Below the pieces are notes generated by a model. That model made no database searches and was not told the DNA's origin. It was given only the letters and a program-made list of their open reading frames with translations. Below, piece after piece: positions 29,067 through 38,561 of a stretch of 64,000 nt of DNA; the first letter of the stretch is position 1, and every line of letters starts with the position of its first letter. This DNA is from Deltaproteobacteria bacterium. Lineage in GTDB: Bacteria; Myxococcota; Kuafuiibacteriia; Kuafuiibacteriales; Kuafuiibacteriaceae. A program made the position numbers and the translations under genes. The stretch is taken from NCBI GenBank assembly GCA_040218735.1, contig JAVJQW010000061.1, positions 256,001 to 320,000 of the forward strand, in the 5' to 3' direction.

Positions 29067-29533
29067 CAAAGACACGCGGGCGGCGGCCCGGACTGGTTCA
29101 CGTCCATCCCGCCGACCTCATCGATGCGCACGGTCGCCTGCGGAAAGGCAACGGTGTGGATCACGCCGGCCCCGCGTTCGACCTCTACGAAGGCCGGGAG
29201 GTTGATCAACGTGCCCGCGTCGTCGACGGGGCCGACCTCGTCGAGGCGCACCAGGCGCAGCCAGAGGATGTTCGTGCAGCGGTCGCCGCTCGTCGCGTCG
29301 GAGATGATCAGCTCGCGCTCGGAGAGCGCCTCGACGTCCACGACCCCGATGACCTCGTACTGGTCCTCACAGAAGCGCTCCGCGAACGCCTTGTCACAAC
29401 CCCCGACCAGCTGCTCCTGAGGCGCGCGCACCTCCAGGCTGATCGGGAGCTCCAACCGGTTGAAGAGCATCGCCTCGTCCGACGACCCACAGGCCGCGGC
29501 GGCGAGGAACAGAACGGGTGCGAACCGACGCAC
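29066..29533 (-). CDS. Hypothetical lipoprotein
   Basis: VRRFAPVLFLAAAACGSS lipoprotein signal in the 3' part of ORF 29066..30352; stop overlaps the GNAT ATG. Confidence 0.6.
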   Translation of the reverse strand: MRRFAPVLFLAAAACGSSDEAMLFNRLELPISLEVRAPQEQLVGGCDKAFAERFCEDQYEVIGVVDVEALSERELIISDATSGDRCTNILWLRLVRLDEVGPVDDAGTLINLPAFVEVERGAGVIHTVAFPQATVRIDEVGGMDVNQSGPPPACL

Positions 29534-29640
29534 ACCACGATGGTGCGGCCGAACGGCAACGCACCGCAAGTTTCTCGATAGCTGACAGCGGGCAGCGGCG
29601 AGCGCGCTGCCCCGGCGCCCTCGGGCTGCGAGCTGCCAGC

Positions 29641-31251
29641 TCAGCCGAGCGCCGAAAGGTCCGTGGGCTCGGTGGCCGCGCCGAAGTCCACGTCGATCTG
29701 CGCGAGCTGCAGCTTCCCGGCGAGGTCTTCGTTGACGCAGTGCCAGCGCGTGTACGCGTCCAACACCCAGACGCCGGACTCGCGCGTGCCGTTGCCCGAC
29801 CAGCCGTTGCCGCCGAAGGGCAGGTGCGCCTCGGCGCCGCTCGTCGTGTTGTTGATGCTGGTCATGCCCGCGGTGATGCCGTTCTTGAACCGCAGGATCG
29901 CCGACGGGTCCATGGTGTAACACGCCGACGACAGCCCGTAGGGCGTGCCGTTCGCCGCCGCGAGCGCCTCGTCGAAGCCGTCGACCTCGATGATGGAGAT
30001 CGTCGGACCGAACACCTCGGTCTGCGCGATCTTCATGTCCATCGTGACGCCGTCCCAGACCGTCGGGAACACGTAGAACCCGCTCTCCGGATCGCCGACG
30101 AACGACGCCGGCTTGTTCGCGTTCGTGATGCGCCCCTTGTTCGTGGTCAGCATCTTCGCGCCGTCGGCCTCCGCCATCGCGAAGTGCTCCATGAAGCGGT
30201 CGTAGAAGCGCTCCTCGATCAGCGGGCCGTACAGCGCGTCCTCCGTCTGCGTCGGGTCCGCGATGACGATCGACTCCATCCGCTTCAGCAGGCGCTCCTT
30301 GAACTCCGCCGCGATCGGCTTGTCGAGGATCAGGTTGCCGAGCGAGGTGCAACGCTGTCCGCCCGTGCCGAAGCCGGAGAACACGACGCCCTCCACCGCG
30401 AGCTCGAGGTTCGCGTCGCGCAGCACGACCATCGGGTTCTTGCCGCCGAGCTCGAGCGAAGGCACCTGCAGGTTGCGACCGCAGACCTCACCGACGCGGC
30501 GCCCGACCGCCGTCGAGCCCGTGAACGAGACCTTGTTGACCAGGCCGTCGTCGACCGCGTCGAGCACACCCTGCCCCGCCTTCGCGCCCGTGCCGTAGAC
30601 GATGTTCACCACGCCGTCCGGCACACCCGCGTCCTGCATGATCTGACCGAACAGGTGCGCGATGACCGGGGCGTCCTCGGACGGCTTCCAGACGATCGTG
30701 TTGCCGCAGACCAGCGCCGGCAGGATCTTCCAGGACGGCACCGCCATCGGGAAGTTGCCCGCGGTGATCATCGCCGCGACGCCGAGCGGGCGCCGGTACG
30801 TGAACAGCTCCTTGTTCGGCATCTCCGAGTAGACCGTCTGCCCGTACAGCCGACGCCCCTCGCTCTGGAAGAAGTGCGCGGTGTCGATCGCCTCCTGCAC
30901 CTCGCCGCGCGCCTCGCGCATGGTCTTGCCGATCTCGCGGTTCACCACGCGCGACAGCAGCTCCTTGTGCTCGCTGAGCGCTTCGCCGATGCGACCGATG
31001 ATCTCGCCGCGCACCGGCGCAGGCGTCTCGCCCCACTTCTTCTTGATCGCGCCCGCGACGCGGCACGCCTCGGCGACGTCCTCCGCGCCTGACAGCGGAG
31101 CCGTACCGACCACGTCCGCGCGGTTACACGCCGAACGCGCTTCGTACCGCTCGCCGCTCTTGGCTTCGGCGAGGTTGCCGCCGATGAAGTTCTTCACCAC
31201 GACGGTCTTGGGGAAGCCGCCGTTGTCCTGGGTCTGGAGGGTCTTGGCCAT
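29641..31251 (-). CDS. Aldehyde dehydrogenase family protein
   Basis: AGNFP, WKPSE, FTGSTAVG, LELGGKNP, GQRCTS, EVFGP, HLPFGG. Confidence 0.95.
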   Translation of the reverse strand: MAKTLQTQDNGGFPKTVVVKNFIGGNLAEAKSGERYEARSACNRADVVGTAPLSGAEDVAEACRVAGAIKKKWGETPAPVRGEIIGRIGEALSEHKELLSRVVNREIGKTMREARGEVQEAIDTAHFFQSEGRRLYGQTVYSEMPNKELFTYRRPLGVAAMITAGNFPMAVPSWKILPALVCGNTIVWKPSEDAPVIAHLFGQIMQDAGVPDGVVNIVYGTGAKAGQGVLDAVDDGLVNKVSFTGSTAVGRRVGEVCGRNLQVPSLELGGKNPMVVLRDANLELAVEGVVFSGFGTGGQRCTSLGNLILDKPIAAEFKERLLKRMESIVIADPTQTEDALYGPLIEERFYDRFMEHFAMAEADGAKMLTTNKGRITNANKPASFVGDPESGFYVFPTVWDGVTMDMKIAQTEVFGPTISIIEVDGFDEALAAANGTPYGLSSACYTMDPSAILRFKNGITAGMTSINNTTSGAEAHLPFGGNGWSGNGTRESGVWVLDAYTRWHCVNEDLAGKLQLAQIDVDFGAATEPTDLSALG

Positions 31252-31283
31252 GGGCCGCGGTTACCACGGCCCGGCCCGGCGGG

Positions 31284-32834
31284 TCACGACGATTGGACGA
31301 TGAGGTCGTCGGTCCCGGTCTTCTTGGGGGCGTTGTGCTGCTGACGCGCCGCGGCCTGCTTCTCGCGCGCCTCGGCGCGACGCTTCCGCGCCCGACGGCT
31401 CCGCGCGATGGAGCGCTCCGCCACCGGGGGCACCACGATGTCGTACGCTCGCATCTTGCGGTACATCGTCGCGCGCCCGACGCCGAGCATCTCGGCCGCC
31501 CGCGACACACAGCCACCCGTGTTCTTGAGCGCGAACCGGAAGATCTCCGCCTCGTACACGTCGTAGGGCTGCACGAGCCCCTCGTCGTCGAGCGTCGGGT
31601 GCCAGCCCGGCGGCTCCGGCGCGGCCACCGGCGCGGGCGCCGGCTTCGGCGCGGCCATGACCGGCTGCGACGGCGGACGGACGACCGGGCGCGGCTTCGG
31701 CGCCGGCTCGTAGTTCACGGACAGGTCGACGACCACGCCGCCGTTGGCGTCGAAGCACGCGGAGCGACGAATCACCCCGACCAGCTCCGGAATGTTGTTC
31801 TCCCAGTCACGCCCGACGAGGTCCTGCATGACCGCGGGGTCGACCTCCGAGGCCGGCGCACCGACCGCGTGCTGGATGGCGGACACCGCGCGGTAGACCA
31901 GCTCCGGGATGTCCTCGCGACGGTTGCGGAGCGGCGGCACCACAATGGGCGCGCGACCGAGCAGCTGCGCGAGGTCCTCGCGGACCAGACCGGCGGAGAC
32001 CTCGATGTCGATCGGACGCTCGATGCCGACGATCATCGGCGGCCAGCGAACGCCGCCACCGTTGAGGCGCGCCGCGGCGAGACCGTGCAGGAGCTTCGCG
32101 AGCCGGTCCTGACCGCTCTTGCCCAGCGCGACCAACGACTCGATGTAGACGATGCCGCCCTTGGCGCGCGCAAACGCGCTCATGGTGTCGGCCGATCCGA
32201 AGAGCTCCTCTTCCGCGTTCCCCTCCCGCGAGACGTGCACGAACGGCCCCCCGGCCCGCGGACACGTCGCGTGGTAGTGGCGCGCGACACCTTCTTGGCC
32301 CGATCCGAACTCCCCCTCGAGGACGATCGTGCTCTCTTGCCCGGCGAGCCGCTCGACGCGCGCGAGGACCGCGCGCATCACGTCGCTGTCCGCGACGAGC
32401 GTGTCGATCTGCGGGTCACGCGCCAGGCCGACCGGCCGCGCGCTCCCGGAGACCGAAGCCGGCGCCGCCGAGGGGCGCTCCGAGCGCTCCATGATTCGGC
32501 ACAGCCGCTCGCCGTCGACCGGGCGCTCGAGGACGTCGAGGGCCCCGGCCTTGATGGCCGCGACCACCTCCGGAACGCGCGCCGTCTGCGCCACGCCGAT
32601 GACGCGGGGTCGCTCGGGCGAGGCGATGACGGTGTCGACCAGATCGAAGCCGGGCTCCGAGAGGTTCAGGTCGACCAGCACGAAGTCCGGGCGCTGCTCG
32701 CGCATGGCATCGAGTCCCTGTTTGGCGTTCGGCGTCCCTCGAACTTCGTAGCCGCGCTCGGTGAGGAAGCGGGCCGCGTTCGTCCGGAAGCTCGGATCGC
32801 CGTCGATGATGAGGATTCGTCGGGGGTCCTGCAT
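31284..32834 (-). CDS. NtrC-like regulator (REC-AAA-Fis HTH) with degenerate AAA domain
   Basis: REC ILIIDGD..VLVDL; PPLRNRREDIP; VSRAAEMLGVGRATMYRKM; Walker A reads GEFGSGQE and GAFTGA is absent. Confidence 0.85.
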   Translation of the reverse strand: MQDPRRILIIDGDPSFRTNAARFLTERGYEVRGTPNAKQGLDAMREQRPDFVLVDLNLSEPGFDLVDTVIASPERPRVIGVAQTARVPEVVAAIKAGALDVLERPVDGERLCRIMERSERPSAAPASVSGSARPVGLARDPQIDTLVADSDVMRAVLARVERLAGQESTIVLEGEFGSGQEGVARHYHATCPRAGGPFVHVSREGNAEEELFGSADTMSAFARAKGGIVYIESLVALGKSGQDRLAKLLHGLAAARLNGGGVRWPPMIVGIERPIDIEVSAGLVREDLAQLLGRAPIVVPPLRNRREDIPELVYRAVSAIQHAVGAPASEVDPAVMQDLVGRDWENNIPELVGVIRRSACFDANGGVVVDLSVNYEPAPKPRPVVRPPSQPVMAAPKPAPAPVAAPEPPGWHPTLDDEGLVQPYDVYEAEIFRFALKNTGGCVSRAAEMLGVGRATMYRKMRAYDIVVPPVAERSIARSRRARKRRAEAREKQAAARQQHNAPKKTGTDDLIVQSS

Positions 32835-32882
32835 TTGGTGATAGCTATCGGACGCACACCGGCGGGGTTGAGGATACGACGA

Positions 32883-32898
32883 CGCAGAAGCCGTGCCG
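32883..32898 (-). promoter_or_regulatory. Putative sigma54 promoter of the NtrC-like gene
   Basis: Minus strand CGGCACG-GCTT-CTGCG with GG-N10-GC spacing, ~50 bp upstream of the ATG. Confidence 0.5.
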
Positions 32899-33102
32899 AA
32901 CGGACACGGCGGCCCGCTTTTTCGCTCCATTTTGGAAGCCAAACGCGCCAACCCCGCGGTCAGACGGCTGTTTTCGAAACAGCGGAGCGCCGCGCGCTGC
33001 GTCACCCCAAAACGTCTCATCCACGATCGATTCGCTCCGGATCGGGGGTGATCGCAATCTCCTACTCGCAAACACATCCCCGTTTCGCTAGCTTGAGGGG
33101 AC

Positions 33103-34086
33103 GTGTCCGAGGTGGTCTCCGACATCCGCCCACGCCCGGGGGCGGCGACCGGCCCGAGCGTGCCCGCGCAGGAAACCGACGGGCTGGTTCTTCGCATCGG
33201 TGACCTCTTCGCGATCTCGGTCCCTACCCTCTTTGGCCTCGCGATCGTCTCCAGCTACCGAAACGTCCCCGACTGGGCGCCGGTGAGCGCCGCGTTGTTC
33301 GGCGTCGCGCTCCTCGGACTCGCGAGTCGCTTTTGGGCGTCGAAGAGCGACCACCCCATCGCGCAGCTCGTCGGCAACTTTTACATCATGCTGACGATCT
33401 GGGTGCTCTACTCGCGCCTCAACCCGATGATCGACCTCGTGTCGCCGGTCCCCTACGACCGCGACCTGCAGGCGATCGACCAGTGGTTGTTCGGCGTGCA
33501 GCCGAGTGTGTGGCTCGAACAGTTCCACCACCCGTGGCTCACCGAGATCGCCTACATCTGCTACCTCGCGTTCTTCTTCTGGCAGCTCGCGCTCGGGATC
33601 CTCTTGTACCTGCGCAAGAACAACGACTTCGCCGACTACATGCTGCGCGTCGTCATGTTCTACATGCTCAGCTACATCGTCTACATCATGGTGCCGGCGA
33701 TCGGGCCGCGCTTCGATCTCGCGCCCGAGTACACCCGCCCGATGGAGGGTGTGTACTTCGCGGAGGCCATCCGCCAGACCTTCATCGACATCCCGATGTA
33801 CCGCGACTGCTTCCCGTCGGGGCACACCGGGCTCACGCTCCTGGTCCTCCTCACCGCGTACCAAAAGCGCGCCTTCAAGTTCTTCGCGGTCATGTTCCCG
33901 TTCGCGATGATCCTGATCTTCTCCACGGTCTACTGCCGCTTCCACTACGTCGTGGACCTGCTCTGCGCGCTGCCCTTCGTCACCGGCGTCGCGTTCCTGC
34001 AGCGCTCCCTCGAGCTCGCGATGCCGCACGGCATCGTCGTGCCGCTGCCGCACAAGATCATGGTCAAGGATCGCGTCGGCGCGTAA
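33103..34086 (+). CDS. PAP2 superfamily membrane protein (Aur1/IPC synthase-like)
   Basis: PAIGPR, DCFPSGH, STVYCRFHYVVD; multiple TM segments. Confidence 0.88.
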   Translation: MSEVVSDIRPRPGAATGPSVPAQETDGLVLRIGDLFAISVPTLFGLAIVSSYRNVPDWAPVSAALFGVALLGLASRFWASKSDHPIAQLVGNFYIMLTIWVLYSRLNPMIDLVSPVPYDRDLQAIDQWLFGVQPSVWLEQFHHPWLTEIAYICYLAFFFWQLALGILLYLRKNNDFADYMLRVVMFYMLSYIVYIMVPAIGPRFDLAPEYTRPMEGVYFAEAIRQTFIDIPMYRDCFPSGHTGLTLLVLLTAYQKRAFKFFAVMFPFAMILIFSTVYCRFHYVVDLLCALPFVTGVAFLQRSLELAMPHGIVVPLPHKIMVKDRVGA

Positions 34087-34099
34087 CAATCGCGCCGCG

Positions 34100-34792
34100 G
34101 TGGGGCGGAAGAAGAATCAACCCTTCAACAATCCGTTCGCCGCCGTCGGCGCGGATCTGAAGAAGCAGATCGTCAAGGCGAAGAAGGCCGAGAAGAAAGC
34201 CGCCGCCGAGCGCTACGCCAAGAAACCCGTCGTCCGCACCCCCGACGAACCGATGGACGACGCCGCGCTGTTCCTCGCCGCGGTGGGCGACGCCCAGAGC
34301 GTACACGACGGACGCGGCGTCGTGCACAAACCCCTCCCGCCGTCCGACGCCGGGGAGCTCCCGGTCTACGACGAAGAGGCCGAAGCCCTCGCGGAGCTCG
34401 CCTCGCTCGTCGACGGCACCGGTCACTTCGACATCAGCGACGGCGACGAGTTCATCGAAGGCTGCCGCTCCGACCTCGACCGGCGCATCCTGTCGAAGCT
34501 CAAACGCGGCGAGTACGCGTTCCGGAACCACGTCGATCTGCACGGCATGACCCGCGACGTCGCGCGCGACGCCGTCGAGAGGTTCATCGTCGAGTCGCGC
34601 CGCGCCGGGCACCGCTGCGTCCTGATCGTCCACGGCCGCGGCCTCAACTCGAAGGACAACATCCCGGTCCTCAAGGTCGCCGTGAAGGCGTGGCTCGAAC
34701 GCGGCCGCATCGCGAAGAGCGTCCTCGCGTTCTGCACCGCGCGCCCGCACGACGGCGGCGCCGGCGCGGTCTACGTCCTCCTGAGACGCTGA
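34100..34792 (+). CDS. Smr/MutS family protein
   Basis: VDLHGMT, VLIVHGRGLNS, PVLK, HDGGAGAVYVLL. Confidence 0.93.
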   Translation: MGRKKNQPFNNPFAAVGADLKKQIVKAKKAEKKAAAERYAKKPVVRTPDEPMDDAALFLAAVGDAQSVHDGRGVVHKPLPPSDAGELPVYDEEAEALAELASLVDGTGHFDISDGDEFIEGCRSDLDRRILSKLKRGEYAFRNHVDLHGMTRDVARDAVERFIVESRRAGHRCVLIVHGRGLNSKDNIPVLKVAVKAWLERGRIAKSVLAFCTARPHDGGAGAVYVLLRR

Positions 34793-36201
34793 TGCCCAAA
34801 GCGGTCGTCATCGGCTCCGGGCCCAACGGCCTCGCCGCCGCAACCTACCTTGCAGACCGTGGCGTCGACGTCGAAGTCCTCGAAGCCGCCGACACGATCG
34901 GCGGCGGCACGCGCACCGCGGAGCTCACCCTCCCCGGGTTCCGTCACGACGTCTGCTCGGCCGCGCACCCGATGGGGATCCTGTCGCCGTACCTGTCGAC
35001 GCTCCCGCTCGCGGACCACGGCCTGACCTGGCGCGCCGGCGCGGCGTCCTTCGCGCACCCGCTCGACGACGACGACGCCGTCCTCCACGAAAAGGATCTC
35101 GACGCCACCGCCCGGGCCCTCGGCGCCGACGCCGACGCGTACCGTCGCCTCGTCGAGCCTTTCGTTCGCCGCCCCGACGCCTTCCTCGAGGGTGCGCTCG
35201 CGCCCCTCCGCATCCCGAGCGCGCCGTTCCTCATGGCGTCGTTCGGGCTGCGCGGAATGTTCTCGGTCGAGCACCTCGCGAAGCGCTTCTCGGGCGCCCG
35301 CGCCCGCGCGCTGCTCGCCGGCTGCGCGGCGCACGGCGTGCTCCCGTTCGACCGCTGGATGACCGCCGCGTTCGGGTTGATCTTCTGCATCACCGGCCAC
35401 GTCGAGACCTGGCCCGTCGCCGAGGGCGGCTCCAGCGCGATCACCACCGCGCTCGCGAAATATCTCGAAACGAAGGGCGGCCGCGTCGAGACGAACCGCC
35501 GCGTCACCTCGATGGCCGACCTCCCCGACGCCGACGCCTACCTCTTCGACACCGACCCCGCGCAGCTCGCGAACATCGCGGGCGACACCCTCCCCTCGGG
35601 CTACCGCGCGCGGCTGGAGCGCTACCGGTACGGCCCCGCGGTGTGCAAGGTCGACTGGGCGCTCGACGGCTCCATCCCCTGGCGCGACGAACGCTGCCGC
35701 GACGCCTCCACCGTGCACGTCGGCGGGACGTTCGAAGAGATCGCCGCCGCGGAAGCCGCCGTGTGGCGTGGCGAGCACCCCGAGCGGCCGTTCCTCATCG
35801 TCTGCCAACAGAGTGAGCTCGACCCGTCGCGCGCCCCCGACGGGAAACACACCGGCTACGCGTACTGCCACGTGCCGGCGGACTCGGACGTCGACCACAC
35901 CGCTGCGATCGAAGCGCAGGTGGAGCGTTTCGCGCCGGGCTTTTGCGATCGTATCCTCGCCCGGCACACGATGACCGCGAAGGACTACGCCGCCTACAAC
36001 CCGAACCACGTCGGCGGTGCGATCAGCGGCGGCGTCGCCGACATCGCGCAGCTGTTCTTCCGCCCCGTCGCGCGCCTCGATCCCTACCGCACCCCGAACG
36101 ACAAGATCTGGATCTGCTCCGCGTCGACGCCCCCCGGCGGCGGCGTTCACGGCATGTGCGGCTACTGGGCCGCGCGCTCCGTCGCGAGGCGCCTGTGCTG
36201 A
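34792..36201 (+). CDS. Phytoene dehydrogenase-like NAD(P)/FAD oxidoreductase
   Basis: VIGSGPNGLAAA, ELTLPGFRHDVCSA, STPPGGGVHGMCG. Confidence 0.9.
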   Translation: MPKAVVIGSGPNGLAAATYLADRGVDVEVLEAADTIGGGTRTAELTLPGFRHDVCSAAHPMGILSPYLSTLPLADHGLTWRAGAASFAHPLDDDDAVLHEKDLDATARALGADADAYRRLVEPFVRRPDAFLEGALAPLRIPSAPFLMASFGLRGMFSVEHLAKRFSGARARALLAGCAAHGVLPFDRWMTAAFGLIFCITGHVETWPVAEGGSSAITTALAKYLETKGGRVETNRRVTSMADLPDADAYLFDTDPAQLANIAGDTLPSGYRARLERYRYGPAVCKVDWALDGSIPWRDERCRDASTVHVGGTFEEIAAAEAAVWRGEHPERPFLIVCQQSELDPSRAPDGKHTGYAYCHVPADSDVDHTAAIEAQVERFAPGFCDRILARHTMTAKDYAAYNPNHVGGAISGGVADIAQLFFRPVARLDPYRTPNDKIWICSASTPPGGGVHGMCGYWAARSVARRLC

Positions 36202-37805
36202 AACCTAAAGCCCCGCCTTACGACGTCCTCGAGTGGGAGAAACAACCGTTCGAGACGCGGTTGAAGATGGTGTGTGGCGCGTGGGCGCTGCACGGGTACG
36301 GCGCGCCCGTCACCGTGTACTTCGCGTACCTCGTGAAGATCGCCGGCTACGTCGGCGTGTGGTGGTGGTTGTGCACCCGCGTGAACGCCGAGCCCGGCTG
36401 GTGGTCCCAGCCCGACGCCCTGCTCCGCGCGGTGCTGTGGTCGATGCTGTACGAGGGGCTCGGCTTCGGCTGCGGGAGCGGCCCGCTCACCGGCCGTTAC
36501 TTCCCGCCGTTCGGCGGCGTCCTCTACTACCTGCGCCCGGGGACGCTGAAGTCCCCGCTGGTCGGCGGCGCGAAGCGCACGGTCCTCGACATCCTCCTCT
36601 ACCTCGCGTTCTGCGGCGCCGCCGGGTACGCGCTGTGGTCGAAGGACATCACGCCCACCCACCTGTTCGCGGTGCTCGCGCCGCTCGCCGCGCTCGGGCT
36701 CCTCGACCGTACGATCTTCCTCGCCACCCGCGCCGAGCACTACGCCGTCGCGCTGCTGTGCTTCGCGCTCGCCGCGGAACCCGTCGCGGCGTTGAAGCTG
36801 GTGTGGGTCGCCGTGTGGTGGTGGGCCGCAACGTCGAAGCTCAACCGCCACTTCCCGTCCGTCGTCTGCGTGATGATGAGCAACAGCCCGTGGGTGCCGC
36901 AGTTCTTCCGCAAGAAGATGTACGTGGCGTTCCCGGACGACCTCCGCCCATCCCGCCTCGCGACGGTGCTCGCGCACGCCGGCACCGTCGTCGAGTACGC
37001 GTTCCCCGTGGTGTTGCTCCTCGGCGACGGCGGCCCCCTCACCTTCGGCGCGCTCATCACGATGCTCGGCTTCCACGCCTTCATCACGAGCAACGTTCCG
37101 ATGGGCGTGCCGATCGAGTGGAACGTCGTGATGGTGTACGGCGGCTTCCTCCTCTTCGGCGCGCACGCCGACGTCTCCGTGAGCACCGCGGGCTCAATCC
37201 CGCTCTACGCGATCCTCGCGTTTGCGCTCGTCCTCGTCCCGGCGTTCGGCAACCGCTTCCCGCAGTTCGTCTCGTTCTTGCTGTCGATGCGCTACTACGC
37301 GGGCAACTGGGCCTACAGCGTGTGGCTCTTCAGGGGCGACGCCTCCGAGAAGCTCGACCGCCACCTCACCAAGTCCGCGCCGCGCGTCTACGATCAGCTC
37401 ACCAAGTTCTACGAGCACGAGACGATCGTCGCGATGCTCTCCAAGGTCGTCGCGTTCCGCGCCATGCACCTGCACGGGCGACTGCTCACCCTCCTCGTCC
37501 CCAAGGCCGTCGACGACATCGACGCCTACGAGTGGCTCGACGGCGAGCTGGTCGCCGGCGTCGTCATCGGGTGGAACTTCGGCGACGGGCACCTGCACGA
37601 CCACCGCCTCCTCGCCGCCGTCCAAGACGCGTGCGGGTTCGAGCCGGGTGAGCTGCGCTGCATCTTCGTCGAGTCGCAGCCCATGCTCGACCCGAAGCTG
37701 TCCTGGCGGATCTGGGACGCCGCGACCGGCGAGGTCGAAACCGGCGAGACGTCGATCGACACCCTCGAAGCCCGCCAGCCCTGGGGCGCCGCGCCGAACA
37801 CGTGA
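36195..37805 (+). CDS. DUF3556-family membrane protein
   Basis: GSGPLTGRYFPP, SKLNRHFPSVV, PDDLRPS, PMGVPIEWN, SMRYYAGNW, GWNFGDGHLH. Confidence 0.8.
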   Translation: MLKPKAPPYDVLEWEKQPFETRLKMVCGAWALHGYGAPVTVYFAYLVKIAGYVGVWWWLCTRVNAEPGWWSQPDALLRAVLWSMLYEGLGFGCGSGPLTGRYFPPFGGVLYYLRPGTLKSPLVGGAKRTVLDILLYLAFCGAAGYALWSKDITPTHLFAVLAPLAALGLLDRTIFLATRAEHYAVALLCFALAAEPVAALKLVWVAVWWWAATSKLNRHFPSVVCVMMSNSPWVPQFFRKKMYVAFPDDLRPSRLATVLAHAGTVVEYAFPVVLLLGDGGPLTFGALITMLGFHAFITSNVPMGVPIEWNVVMVYGGFLLFGAHADVSVSTAGSIPLYAILAFALVLVPAFGNRFPQFVSFLLSMRYYAGNWAYSVWLFRGDASEKLDRHLTKSAPRVYDQLTKFYEHETIVAMLSKVVAFRAMHLHGRLLTLLVPKAVDDIDAYEWLDGELVAGVVIGWNFGDGHLHDHRLLAAVQDACGFEPGELRCIFVESQPMLDPKLSWRIWDAATGEVETGETSIDTLEARQPWGAAPNT

Positions 37806-37845
37806 CATCACCGTCGGTCGGCCGCATGATGGGCCCCCGGCGGCG

Positions 37846-38490
37846 ATGACCACCCAGACGGAACAGAGCGTCGAGACCAACGTCGAGCTGAAGAAACGCG
37901 CCGGCCTGATCGCCTCGTTCTCCTACGCGATCGACGGCGTGCTCCGCACCCTCTGCTCCCAGCGCAACATGAAGATCCACTGGGTCTCCGGCCTCGCGGT
38001 CATGCTCGTGGGGATGGCGCTCGAGCTCGACCTCGCCTCCCGCGCCAGCGTCATCTTCTGCGTCTTCGTCGTGATCTGCATGGAGGTCCTCAACACGGCC
38101 TTCGAGGCGTTCGTCGATCTCCACATCAAGAACTTCGCGCGCCACGCGATGGTCGCGAAGGACGCCGCCGCGGCCGCCGTCCTCGTGCTCGCGGTGTGCG
38201 CGGTTGTGGTCTTCGCGGACGTGCTCTTCCACCGGTGGGCCATGGTCGAGGCCAGCGGTCCCGCAATTCAGCGCACCGTGCTCTGGGGCCTACCGCTCCT
38301 CGGCATGGTGGGGCTGATCCTCGGCATGACACGCCGTGTCGTCCTCATCGTCGCGCTCGGATTCGCCGCCGTCGGAGCCCTCTCCGTGCTCGCGTGGTTC
38401 TCGCGCGACGAGATCTTCAGCCTCGGCGCGCTCGGCTTCGTCGTCAGCGCAGTGGTTGCACGGCTCCGCGAACCGGCCCTCGAGGCGTAA
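37846..38490 (+). CDS. Prokaryotic membrane diacylglycerol/undecaprenol kinase (DgkA-type) with extra TM segments
   Basis: SFSYAIDG, QRNMKIH, EVLNTAFEAFVD, AKDAAAAAV. Confidence 0.85.
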   Translation: MTTQTEQSVETNVELKKRAGLIASFSYAIDGVLRTLCSQRNMKIHWVSGLAVMLVGMALELDLASRASVIFCVFVVICMEVLNTAFEAFVDLHIKNFARHAMVAKDAAAAAVLVLAVCAVVVFADVLFHRWAMVEASGPAIQRTVLWGLPLLGMVGLILGMTRRVVLIVALGFAAVGALSVLAWFSRDEIFSLGALGFVVSAVVARLREPALEA

Positions 38491-38561
38491 GTCGCGCCGC
38501 CGAACGAAACGACTCAAGTTGAATCCAATCGCGTCCGATACATAATCGCGGAAGAGAGCAG

